This document shows positions 40,567-50,332 of a stretch of DNA of 64,000 nt, one piece after another. The notes beneath the pieces were generated by a model that was given only the letters and a program-made list of their open reading frames with translations, was not told where the DNA came from and made no database searches. The stretch comes from Halobacteriovoraceae bacterium (GTDB lineage Bacteria > Bdellovibrionota > Bacteriovoracia > Bacteriovoracales > Bacteriovoracaceae), in contig CAVRCF010000001.1 of the NCBI GenBank assembly GCA_963719505.1, positions 960,001-1,024,000 on the forward strand. The letters are read 5' to 3'. Position 1 is the stretch's first letter. The number at the start of each line of letters is the position of its first letter. The translations under genes were made by a program, and so were the position numbers.

Positions 40567-42570
40567 ATGTTAACCTTAAAGAAAGCCATAAGAGTTTATC
40601 TTGTGCTCATTGTTTTATTCTTTGTTTATCGAGTTGTATTTACTGCGTACTTTGGTGGAATGCAGTTTATCGAGCAGAACTCTAGTGAACTTTTTGAAGC
40701 TTTTATCATGGGATTTCGTTATGATTCTTTAGTGGCTTGTTATGGGCTTATTCCCTTTTTTCTCTTAAGTCTCTTAAAATTCTTAGCACCTTTTAAATTT
40801 TTAAAAAAGTTTGTTGAAAAAATCAATCTCACATACCTTGTCTTCTTTACACTGCTTATTACCATTTTGCTTATTGCCGATTTAGGTTTCTACTCCTATT
40901 TTCAAGATCATCTTAATATTTTGGCTTTTGGATTTTTTGAAGACGATACCATGGCCCTTTTAGAGACGATGAGAAAAAACTATCCGCTGGTTCCGGGGCT
41001 TTTTGGTCTGGCAGTTTTTCTTGTCTTTCTCTTTTATCTTTTTGGTAAAATTTTAAAAAAGACTCAGGTCAAAAGAAGAAATATCTTTTCAAAAATGCTT
41101 ATCACTCTTTTCGCTTTTGTTCTTTTTGTTGGTGGGATAAGAGGTGGTTATGGTGTGCTCGTTTTATCACCTAAGTACTCAGACTTCTCAACCGTTCAAC
41201 TTGTGAATGATATTTCTCTTAACGGCGTTGTAACCTTTGAAAAAGCCTATAAGCTTAGAAAAACTCGCTCGTCATTGGAATTCAATATGGCCCAAGCTAT
41301 GGGCTATGGAGAGGATGTTCATAAAGCCTTTTCTGACTATCTTGGGTTAGATGTGAGTTCTACTAGTCGAGATCAACTTGTGAAACTTGTTGAGAGAAAA
41401 ACTCCTATCAACCCAGAAGCGGCAAAACTGAGACCCCATGTTATAGTCCTATTGATGGAGAGTTTTGGCTCTCACTGGATGCAGTTTAACAGCGAGAACT
41501 TTAATTTTTTAGGTGAGCTTCAAACTCATTTTAATGACGATATATTCTTTAATAAAATCATCTCAGGTGATAATGGAACCATCGGCTCCCTAATGGTTTT
41601 ATCAACAAATATTCCTCATCGAAATGGTGCAAGGTTTATCTCTGAGAGTCGTTATATGCGGTTGCCGCTAAAAACATCCGCTCATATTCCCTATACAAAA
41701 GAAGGCTATGATACAAATTTTCTCTACGGAGGAAAGCTGTCTTGGCGCGATATTGGACGCTTTTTTGAGGCTCAAGGCTATACAAATGTGGAAGGAGAGT
41801 CTCACATTAAAGAGAGTCTCAATCTTACTGATCGACAAGGCACTGAGTGGGGCTTGTACGATGAACATTTCTTTAGTCATATTTATAAGAAATTAGAGAC
41901 TTCAAAAAAACCTCAGTTTCTTGTTGGTCTTTCTACGACTAATCATCCGCCCTTTGAAGTACCAAGCTCGTTTAGTGCTCCGGTACTTTCTCTACCAGAT
42001 AAGTTAAAAAATAAAATTAGTAGAGAAGAAGATCTTTTTATGGAAAGGTTTAAAGCTTTTCAATATTCTAATTATAAACTTGCTGAATTTATTAAAAAGG
42101 TAAAGAGTTCTAAGTTAGGTAAGAATACGATTATTGTTGTTACGGGAGATCACAATTTTTGGGGTTTCATGAACTACACAAATAAAGAGAGTTATTCCAA
42201 ATTCAGAGTTCCACTTTATTTTTATATTCCAGAAAGTATAGCGCCAAAGAAATTTGATAAAAGTATTGTTGGTGGGCATGAAGATATTATGACGACTCTC
42301 TACAATATTAGTCTTTCAAACAAAGCTTTCTACTCTTTTGGGGATGACCTTTTTAATAGTCAAAATTCAAATGCCCTTGGGGGAAGTATTTATGCTGGAG
42401 AGTTCGGTGGCTTTTACAAAGGAAAAAAGTTTGTCTTTGATGACATGGATACTGACTTCTCGCCAAACGCAACAGTTCTGCTTGAACAGTTAAAAACCCA
42501 GTATCGATCGACTCTAACTGTTTCAGATTATTTTTTGCGCTCAGAATACGAAAATAATAAGTCAAAATGA
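40567..42570 (+). CDS. LTA synthase family / sulfatase-like phosphoglycerol transferase
   Basis: 5 N-terminal TMs, LLMESF, STTNHPPF, VTGDH, HEDI. Confidence 0.88.
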   Translation: MLTLKKAIRVYLVLIVLFFVYRVVFTAYFGGMQFIEQNSSELFEAFIMGFRYDSLVACYGLIPFFLLSLLKFLAPFKFLKKFVEKINLTYLVFFTLLITILLIADLGFYSYFQDHLNILAFGFFEDDTMALLETMRKNYPLVPGLFGLAVFLVFLFYLFGKILKKTQVKRRNIFSKMLITLFAFVLFVGGIRGGYGVLVLSPKYSDFSTVQLVNDISLNGVVTFEKAYKLRKTRSSLEFNMAQAMGYGEDVHKAFSDYLGLDVSSTSRDQLVKLVERKTPINPEAAKLRPHVIVLLMESFGSHWMQFNSENFNFLGELQTHFNDDIFFNKIISGDNGTIGSLMVLSTNIPHRNGARFISESRYMRLPLKTSAHIPYTKEGYDTNFLYGGKLSWRDIGRFFEAQGYTNVEGESHIKESLNLTDRQGTEWGLYDEHFFSHIYKKLETSKKPQFLVGLSTTNHPPFEVPSSFSAPVLSLPDKLKNKISREEDLFMERFKAFQYSNYKLAEFIKKVKSSKLGKNTIIVVTGDHNFWGFMNYTNKESYSKFRVPLYFYIPESIAPKKFDKSIVGGHEDIMTTLYNISLSNKAFYSFGDDLFNSQNSNALGGSIYAGEFGGFYKGKKFVFDDMDTDFSPNATVLLEQLKTQYRSTLTVSDYFLRSEYENNKSK

Positions 42571-42581
42571 TTCAGAGAAGA

Positions 42582-44057
42582 CTAGGGAGTGCCCCATTTA
42601 TTTTTTAAATAAGTCTTTAGCTGGTTGAGCTCTGGTGATGTGAGTTCTCTGTCAAAAACGAGAAACTCCGCGATGTATCCATTGAGCTGGTCTCCACTTG
42701 TTGAGTCATCTCCTAAGACATAAGCTCCACTTCCAGTAAAGGCAGTTGATTGGCCACTATTCCAATTTGGTCGATTCGTGTAAATTGTTTGATTGTTTTC
42801 ATACATATCAGTATGAGTACCATTGTCATAGGCATGCCAAAGATTAAAACTAGTATCATCGAGGTTAAAGTTTGTATTCGCCTCGTTCATGCCGTAATTA
42901 AAAAAGAATCCTCTTCGCGTTACTGTCTTGGAATAAAACTCAAAAAAGCATTCTCTGGTATTATTGGAGTCCATTTTTCCAACAAGTATAACGGTAAGCC
43001 CTCCGTTATTAATTCTATTGAAAGTACCCTCAAGACCTTTAGTGTGATTGTCGAATCTGACAGCGGGAAGACCATTAAAAACATTTGTTTCATAGGTCGG
43101 TTGATTAGTCGTATTGTCCTCTGTTGCATCTCCAGCAACTCCTGTTAAGTCTGACCAACTAGAAATTTTATCTCCATGTTGAGGCTCTGTGCCACCATTT
43201 GAGATATCAGTGGCACTAAGCCAAGCTATTGGATCGAGAGAGGAAATATCAAAAATACTTGTTTGTGAAACTTCTGAATATTTACCGAGAAGACCATTGT
43301 TTGCGGCAACTCTAAATTCATAGGTTACTCCGCTTGTCAGCCCTGTTATTCGAGTAGAATTCGATGTCGGGTTAACTCCGTTGTTTATCCATGTCTCTGT
43401 TCCTTGCTCTCTATATTGGACAGAGTAATTCGTTATGCTTGTTCCGTTATCATTGGGAGTAGACCAGGCGACACTTAAATCACTATTACTTGTAGTAGGA
43501 GCTGTCGTGACTCCTGTTACTTGATCTGGAGCTATCACTCCAGACGTTGTATCCACGAGCACAGAGTTCAAAGAAATTGTTAGTGAACTAAAGCTTGGAG
43601 AGATATTTGAGTCGTCAGACACCTTTGTGAGTTCACCTCCATTTAAGTCCACTGAGTCGGTATTCAATTCAATACCATCAGTATCTAGAAGACCGGATTC
43701 TACAATATAGAGGAACTCTACACCCCTTGTCCCACTACCTGTTTTATACTGAGCGTACTTTGTAGTTTCTCCAATATTGAGAGAAAGTCTCGAACTGGAG
43801 CTTATGTTTACCTCTTCTAAAAAATTAATTTGAAAAAGAATTTCTCCGCCTTCTCCATAAGTTGCACTAGCTGGCTGTATAAAAGAAGTGATAAGGTTTT
43901 CCAAACTTGTTTCGGAACTTGTCTCATCTTGATTTTCCTGAAAGAGTGATTCATCTTCTTCGGGCTTTTGGGCACACGAAAGAGAAATTAGCAAAAGAGC
44001 TAAAATTACGAATACTTTTTTTAAATAGAGTTGGTTTAAAAGTTTTATTTTCACCAT
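42582..44057 (-). CDS. lipoprotein with fibronectin type III and LamG/ConA-like domains
   Basis: Lipobox SLSC; WSTPNDNGTSITNY...GLTSGVTYEFRVAA; AWLSA...GYIAEFLVFDREL. Confidence 0.78.
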   Translation of the reverse strand: MVKIKLLNQLYLKKVFVILALLLISLSCAQKPEEDESLFQENQDETSSETSLENLITSFIQPASATYGEGGEILFQINFLEEVNISSSSRLSLNIGETTKYAQYKTGSGTRGVEFLYIVESGLLDTDGIELNTDSVDLNGGELTKVSDDSNISPSFSSLTISLNSVLVDTTSGVIAPDQVTGVTTAPTTSNSDLSVAWSTPNDNGTSITNYSVQYREQGTETWINNGVNPTSNSTRITGLTSGVTYEFRVAANNGLLGKYSEVSQTSIFDISSLDPIAWLSATDISNGGTEPQHGDKISSWSDLTGVAGDATEDNTTNQPTYETNVFNGLPAVRFDNHTKGLEGTFNRINNGGLTVILVGKMDSNNTRECFFEFYSKTVTRRGFFFNYGMNEANTNFNLDDTSFNLWHAYDNGTHTDMYENNQTIYTNRPNWNSGQSTAFTGSGAYVLGDDSTSGDQLNGYIAEFLVFDRELTSPELNQLKTYLKNKWGTP

Positions 44058-44442
44058 GCCTTTCTTTATCGGTAAAGGGAGGTAACTTACTTAATTTAAA
44101 CGCCATTTGTTGGAAACGAGAAAAAGTCATTGTCTTAGGGATTCACTCAAGCTTAAGCGATGAGTAAGATTGCTTAGCAGCTCGTAGCTGAGATTTACGA
44201 CCTTAGATGAAAACGACTCACTAAAATTGGTACTGCTCTTGTTGGAGGCAAACTTTGGACATAGTCCTAGGTAAACTGGCCAAACTTATTGATAGCCTCA
44301 AAAAATAGCCAACTTTAAGTCCAATTCTCTCCCCATTATTTCTTTAAGTGCCCGATATTACAAATGAATATCTTGCCCAAGCTATATAAATACTCGAAAT
44401 AAGCTAAAATTAAAGTATTAAGATTAACTAAAGAGAGAAATT

Positions 44443-47400
44443 ATGAAAAATCTATTTTTATTGAGTTTTGTTTTGATGTCTAGCTTGGCCTTTAGTCAGC
44501 AAGCCCAATTTCCAAGTGACTTGGATAATGATTCAAATCAAAAAGCACTTGTAAAAAACATGATTGATGATACGACAGCCGGAAAGTATAAGGCTGAGGA
44601 TGTTGCTCTTGAGCTGGTAAACCTTGCGGACTCTCTTTACTCAAATGGAGTTTCAAAACTTGAAACCTTTAATCTTTTAAGTTGTAAAGTTAAAGAGCTT
44701 ATCAATATTGATAAAGTCATGGAGGCGATGAGTCCTGCAAACAGATATATTTGTGGCAAAAACTTTTTTGTAAAGTTTCAAGAATCATCTTGTAATGATA
44801 GTCTTACTTTTGACGATTATTTTCCATTAACTGGAGCACCAGTAAACGTCTTTCAATTGAAGTATCAGTGTGCTGGAAAATTAGAAACGCCAGGGAGTAT
44901 AGTCCATAACCCTTACAACGGTGATGGTGCAAAACAGTTCTCCTATATGATGTACCTGAGTTATGTAAAGAAGCTTGTTAATGAAGTAAAAAATAATAGA
45001 GAAAGCTTAGTGCCAGAGTATGCTTTGGCGACGACAAAACAATGTCAATCGGGGCTTTTAAGATTGCCTTTTGCTCGGTTTGAAGCAACGAACTCTTGTG
45101 AGATGTCTGGGAAGTCTTGTTCAAAGCACGAGGACTGTTGTTCTAGTCACTGCTTAAAGACAGATGATCTCTCTAGTGGTATTTGCTCCCAAGAGGTCGC
45201 TTGCTATAGACTTTTAAGTGACGGAGAATCTTGTGGAGAGCTTCCAAATAATAAATATAACCCTTACTGCGATAATAAACAAATTAGGCATGCCATCAAT
45301 CCTACAAGTAACCCCGCTCCCGCTCCCGGAGAGAAAGTAACGACCTGTACAGAGACAAACTTTAACACCTCTGAAATAGGAGAGTGCACCAATGTTGGTG
45401 CTACTCCAACAGGTAATAAGCCATGTTGCTCAGATAAAATTGGTGCTGGAGGGAAGTGTGTCGATAATTTCACCTGTGATATTTGTTACAAAGATGGCGA
45501 GGTTCCGGAAAATAACAAGGGATGTTGTCCAGGCTATTATAAATCTTTGAGCGGTAAGTGTATTCAAGACTTTCCACCACTAGTGCCAACAACTAAAGTT
45601 AAGAAAAATATTTTTCAAAATATACTTAATATCATTCTTCCAAGTGCGCACGCTCAAGATCAAGATTCATCATCGCTCACCTCTGAAGAGAGAGCTGCTT
45701 TCGATGAAAGAAGAACTCAATGTTTGACCTCATACCCAGGTGATGATGACAGTGAAGATAGATCAACTTGTTTATCCAATGTGAGTAAGGAAGAGTCGGC
45801 GCTTATATCACAAAGACTTAATGACCCAAACTCTAATCCAAATCTTATGAGTAGAGCAGAGTACAAAAAGAAATTTAATCGAGCTGTCATTATTGAAAAG
45901 AAGAGTTCTGATTTTGAAAAATGTGAGTTCCATTCTTTTAATGATAACTGGAATTCTGGATCTGATACTTATAGAAATGCTGAAATCGTTTTAAGGGGGT
46001 TCGAGTACCTTTACTCTGGTAAGGGAACTGTTGATTACTGGATCGATGACCGAGGAAAAAGTATTTACGAAAGAGCGCAAGCAATTGCTCTTCAGCTGCG
46101 TCAAAATAGAAGACTTCTTATTGATCGATATAGAGAAATAGATGAGCAAATGACAGCCGAATGTAAAGAGTATTTCACACAAGCAAAGTGGAAAGATGAA
46201 AATGGAGCTGACACTTCTTCAGGTGATAAAAGAGAAAAAAATGAAGATATAGATAAGGGAGCTTCAGGTATTAAGCATACTCAAATGATGGTTAAGTTTT
46301 TGAGGTTGCGCTCTGAAGCTCAGATGCAGCACTTTACGAACAACTCCCAAGGTGAGGCACAAATGACTGAGCTGAGTGACTATATCAGCGGAAATCAATG
46401 GGAGCAGTCTTGGTCACAAGAAGTTAAGCTTTACGATTTTACTGTAAAAAAACCACGTGGTTGGCTTGTTGTCGTTTTGATTATTATTGCCGTTGCTGCG
46501 ATTGTCGCATTAACCTTTTTTACTGCCGGTCTTGGTACTCTTGCAGTTGCAGCTATTGCAACGGCAGGTGGTCTTTCTGTGGTGGGAGTTTTGGTCGCAA
46601 CGATTGGACCATCAGTTAAGATGGGATTAGAAAATTATACAGCTGAAGTTGTTGCTAAGTCGATGTATCAGGATACTCCAAGAGAGATTAAAGATATAAA
46701 AGGACCTTGGGAAGGAAGTGGCCTTTTCAAAAAGAAACAAAGAATTAAAAGATGGTACCTAGGTCCCTACTTTAGAACGGGTGATTCTCGCTCGTTAATG
46801 AGTAGTGGAGTCAACGGGCTTGGAGGAAATCCACAGTGTGAGACTCGTTCAAGTTCAAGGCTATGTGTTAAAAATGTTCACATGACTTCGTACGATGAAC
46901 AATTAAGATTTCTTCTGGATGTAAAGACTCCAGTATTTTTATCAGATAATGTTTATGAGAAAGATTCAGGTCTTTTGAAAATGATTAGAGATGGTCATTC
47001 AAGAGGGATGCAGAAACTTATTGCGACTAATCCCGGAACTACAAGACAAAAATTTCTTGAAAGAGACCTTTTAGCTGAGGGGGATATTGCAATCTCTTTC
47101 CTTCCAAAGTTTGGAAAATGGCTACCTAAATTAACGGTTCAGCAAATGAAGGATAAAGTTATTGAAGCGGCTGCAAAGTATGCAAAATGTGAAAAGCTCT
47201 CTGAATGTGGAGCTTCAAATGCTTCCGATGGAGACTATGGATTTGGACTTCTTATTTCAAATGATGAGGATGCAAGAGAGTTTGGTGACTATTTTTATCA
47301 ACATCACTTTCTTTGGCCTTCGCTTTCTTCATCTGGGACAATTGGATATCCTTCTATGGCCCAAGCTTCTTATTTTGAAACGGTCTCTTATTATTTAAAA

Positions 47401-48315
47401 ATTGTAGGATCACTAGCTGCTTCAAAAAGTTTAGACTTTGGTAACCTTGCTGATAAATATCAAAGTCATCTCGATGACTTAGAAGGTGAGTATGATCAAG
47501 GTAGTGGAGCTTATCAGGGAAGAGGAAGTTCAAATGTCGCTTACTCATCGGAGTTTAGAGCAAAATTTGGCTTGCTAGACTTTAATACTGGAGCTGGTGC
47601 AGATCAATTCGTAGGAGAGGGGGGAATACCTAAAATTCCAAAAGGATTCAGTTCCGCCGAATCAACCGCTTTTGCAGCTGGTGTAAATAAGGCGTTAAGA
47701 GCAAAGAAACAAAAAGAGAAAGCTGACCATTATGAGAAAACTGTTGGTCAAACGAAGAGAGGAAAACTTAAAAAGTCTGCTCAAGGAAGCTTTATGCAGT
47801 CTTTTGGTAAACCGGTGGATAGAATGTCGGCGTCTTTAAGACAAGGTCTCGACTCCTCTTCAACTAGTGCTGCTCAAGGTGAAGGAGCAAAGGGTAATAA
47901 GGAAAGCTCAGCTACAACAGCAAGTTCTTTGACACCTCCTAACTTTGCAAGCTATCAGCAGCCACAGATACCAAGCTATAATAGTTCTAGCTATTCAAGG
48001 TCTAATCAGTCTTCGAGTGGACAAAATTCAGCTAGTGGACAAGCCTCTACTGGAACTGGGCAAAGTGACGCGGCTAAAAATAAAATGTTACTGGATAGTG
48101 CAGATAAAATCTCTAGAGAGTTAAAAAGAGATGATAGTGATAGTTTATTTAAAATTGTAACGAAAGCTTACTTTCGAAATTTAGACTTAATCTTAGAGAG
48201 GACAACAAGTGCCAAGGCTAAGGTTGATAGTAAAAAAGTTCTCGAGTTTAAAGCGAAAGAGGACGAAATTTCGAATGACAAAAAAAATGAATTAAAGAAG
48301 CTACTTAATGAATAA
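44443..48315 (+). CDS. large secreted Cys-rich protein with central hydrophobic hairpin
   Basis: Signal peptide, Cys clusters at aa about 200-380, 50-aa hydrophobic segment, Ser/Gly-rich C-terminal region. Confidence 0.8.
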   Translation: MKNLFLLSFVLMSSLAFSQQAQFPSDLDNDSNQKALVKNMIDDTTAGKYKAEDVALELVNLADSLYSNGVSKLETFNLLSCKVKELINIDKVMEAMSPANRYICGKNFFVKFQESSCNDSLTFDDYFPLTGAPVNVFQLKYQCAGKLETPGSIVHNPYNGDGAKQFSYMMYLSYVKKLVNEVKNNRESLVPEYALATTKQCQSGLLRLPFARFEATNSCEMSGKSCSKHEDCCSSHCLKTDDLSSGICSQEVACYRLLSDGESCGELPNNKYNPYCDNKQIRHAINPTSNPAPAPGEKVTTCTETNFNTSEIGECTNVGATPTGNKPCCSDKIGAGGKCVDNFTCDICYKDGEVPENNKGCCPGYYKSLSGKCIQDFPPLVPTTKVKKNIFQNILNIILPSAHAQDQDSSSLTSEERAAFDERRTQCLTSYPGDDDSEDRSTCLSNVSKEESALISQRLNDPNSNPNLMSRAEYKKKFNRAVIIEKKSSDFEKCEFHSFNDNWNSGSDTYRNAEIVLRGFEYLYSGKGTVDYWIDDRGKSIYERAQAIALQLRQNRRLLIDRYREIDEQMTAECKEYFTQAKWKDENGADTSSGDKREKNEDIDKGASGIKHTQMMVKFLRLRSEAQMQHFTNNSQGEAQMTELSDYISGNQWEQSWSQEVKLYDFTVKKPRGWLVVVLIIIAVAAIVALTFFTAGLGTLAVAAIATAGGLSVVGVLVATIGPSVKMGLENYTAEVVAKSMYQDTPREIKDIKGPWEGSGLFKKKQRIKRWYLGPYFRTGDSRSLMSSGVNGLGGNPQCETRSSSRLCVKNVHMTSYDEQLRFLLDVKTPVFLSDNVYEKDSGLLKMIRDGHSRGMQKLIATNPGTTRQKFLERDLLAEGDIAISFLPKFGKWLPKLTVQQMKDKVIEAAAKYAKCEKLSECGASNASDGDYGFGLLISNDEDAREFGDYFYQHHFLWPSLSSSGTIGYPSMAQASYFETVSYYLKIVGSLAASKSLDFGNLADKYQSHLDDLEGEYDQGSGAYQGRGSSNVAYSSEFRAKFGLLDFNTGAGADQFVGEGGIPKIPKGFSSAESTAFAAGVNKALRAKKQKEKADHYEKTVGQTKRGKLKKSAQGSFMQSFGKPVDRMSASLRQGLDSSSTSAAQGEGAKGNKESSATTASSLTPPNFASYQQPQIPSYNSSSYSRSNQSSSGQNSASGQASTGTGQSDAAKNKMLLDSADKISRELKRDDSDSLFKIVTKAYFRNLDLILERTTSAKAKVDSKKVLEFKAKEDEISNDKKNELKKLLNE

Positions 48316-49284
48316 TGCTTTATTTATTAAGGAATGATCAGCTAGAACAATTTTAATCATCGATTCTATAACGGGCACGACTCTTGGTAAAATACAGGGG
48401 TCGTGTCTTCCTTCTTTGGCATTGTCTCCAACGGTGGACGGTGCTTTAAAAATCAATGAGAGATGAATATCATCTCCATTTGAAATGCCACCTTCAACTC
48501 CACCAAAGACGCTTTTATCTTTAGATATTTCCGATCCGAGAGCGGACTTAAAAGACTCACCAATTCCAAAACTAATTCCCATGCAGCTGCCAATACTCAT
48601 AAGTCCGTGAGAGAGAGTTGCTTTTAATTTATCAAAACATGGGTCTCCTAGCCCTTTGGGAACATTGGTAACCCTAACTTTGACCTCTCCACCACAGGAT
48701 TGTCCCGTTTTTTTGAGCTCAAGAAGATATTTAGAGATTTTACTATCAAGCAACTGATCACCTAGGCTTAAAGATGAGTTAGAGTCATAGTTTAGTCCTG
48801 TTTGGTGGGGACCTAGTTGTGTGATAATGGCATTTACTTTTACGTTTGGAATAATGAGTTGAGCAAAGTAGCCAGCAACTACGCGAGAGACAGTTTCTCG
48901 TCCAGATGCTCGTCCGCCTCCGCGATGATCTCGAATGCCATATTTATCGAGAGTTGTTTGGTCAGCGTGCCCAGGTCTTGGTTTTGATTTTAAAGTCGCG
49001 TAGTCTTTTGATCTTTGATTTGAATTTTCTATGGTAACGCAAATTGGAGTTCCCAAGGTTTTGTTTTCAAAGATTCCCGATAAGACGATGGCTTTATCTT
49101 TTTCATCTCTGGAAGTTGATTCCTTTAGGCGACCGGGACGTCTCCTGTCCAATTCACCTTGCAGGCTTTCTAGATCAAAATTAAGGTTTGAGGGGATACC
49201 ATCAATAACGACACCCATGGCGGGTCCATGAGATTCACCAAAAGTTGTGACTTTAAATAGTTTGCCAATCGTACTTCCGCTCAT
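48301..49284 (-). CDS. aroC: chorismate synthase
   Basis: TFGESHG, RRRPG, RPGHAD, GGGRASGRET, GRHDPC. Confidence 0.96.
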   Translation of the reverse strand: MSGSTIGKLFKVTTFGESHGPAMGVVIDGIPSNLNFDLESLQGELDRRRPGRLKESTSRDEKDKAIVLSGIFENKTLGTPICVTIENSNQRSKDYATLKSKPRPGHADQTTLDKYGIRDHRGGGRASGRETVSRVVAGYFAQLIIPNVKVNAIITQLGPHQTGLNYDSNSSLSLGDQLLDSKISKYLLELKKTGQSCGGEVKVRVTNVPKGLGDPCFDKLKATLSHGLMSIGSCMGISFGIGESFKSALGSEISKDKSVFGGVEGGISNGDDIHLSLIFKAPSTVGDNAKEGRHDPCILPRVVPVIESMIKIVLADHSLINKALFIK

Positions 49285-49294
49285 CGTGTCCTCT

Positions 49295-50332
49295 CTAAAG
49301 TTCGTCTAATGCGTGAATTAAGGATAGATCAATTGAAAAATTAACCTTCTTCCCATGTGGATATCTCATTTTTTTATCAGTATAAAGCCAAATCTTTTGC
49401 TCTCCAGCAACTTCAAGTTGGGTTAAAAAGTGTCCCCCTTGATATATCTGCCTGTGGACTTTTCCTTTAAATCTACCAGAGTCGTCAATTTTTATATTCT
49501 CTGGCTTTATCAGTAGAATAAGATCTTTATGATCTTTGACATTGAAGTCTTTGGGTTTTGGTATTGTTATATCTCTGGAAAAAAGCTTCGTTTGTAGCTC
49601 TTTGTCACTACTGTCCAAAACTTTTGTCACCAGTGTGTTGGTTCGTCCCATAAATTGTGCCGTAAACAGATTTTTGGGTTTTTCATAAACTTCCTCACAA
49701 GGGCCTTCTTGCATGACCTTACCGTGATTAAGAACAATAATGCGGCTTGAAAAAGCCAGAGCTTCACTTGTTTCATGAGTCACCCACAAAACACTAATCC
49801 CACTTTGTTTAAAGAGTTCGAAAAGTTCATTCATAAGATCGAATCGTAATTTTTCATCGAGGTGCCCAAAAGGCTCATCTAAAAGAATAATCGTTGGATT
49901 TTTAACCAAGGCTTTTGCAATAATAAGTCTCTGCTTTTGTCCCCCAGATATCTCATGTGTCTTAGAGTTGATCTCATTGGTGATATTTAGTAAAGCAAGT
50001 GTTGTTCGAGCTTGATTTTCTCTCTTCTCGTCATCAACTTCATTTGTTATTTCATCTTTTAGTATCTGTAAAACTGTTTTGTCTGCTGGAAGCTGTGTTA
50101 ATTGTGGGACGTAAGCTAAAACTTGCTCTCCATTAAATCTGATTTCTCCGTGTTGGGGGGAAAGTTTATTAGCGATGACAGAGAGTGCAGTAGACTTCCC
50201 CGAACCGGATGGGCCAATAAGAGAGACGCATTCACTTTTAAATAAAGAAAAATTTAAAGAGTCTATGCCTTTTACCGAACGAGCATCGTATTTGTAAGTT
50301 AAGTCTATGACTTCAAATAGCTTTTCTTTCAC
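49295..50332 (-). CDS. ABC transporter ATP-binding protein (PotA/FbpC-like, TOBE tail)
   Basis: GPSGSGKS, ISGGQKQR, LLDEPF, VTH. Confidence 0.9.
   Translation of the reverse strand: MKEKLFEVIDLTYKYDARSVKGIDSLNFSLFKSECVSLIGPSGSGKSTALSVIANKLSPQHGEIRFNGEQVLAYVPQLTQLPADKTVLQILKDEITNEVDDEKRENQARTTLALLNITNEINSKTHEISGGQKQRLIIAKALVKNPTIILLDEPFGHLDEKLRFDLMNELFELFKQSGISVLWVTHETSEALAFSSRIIVLNHGKVMQEGPCEEVYEKPKNLFTAQFMGRTNTLVTKVLDSSDKELQTKLFSRDITIPKPKDFNVKDHKDLILLIKPENIKIDDSGRFKGKVHRQIYQGGHFLTQLEVAGEQKIWLYTDKKMRYPHGKKVNFSIDLSLIHALDEL

Noticed and set aside
44240-44305. c-di-GMP-I riboswitch suggested by GGCAAAC
   Set aside because: No GAAA-capped stem or downstream GCAAAG element
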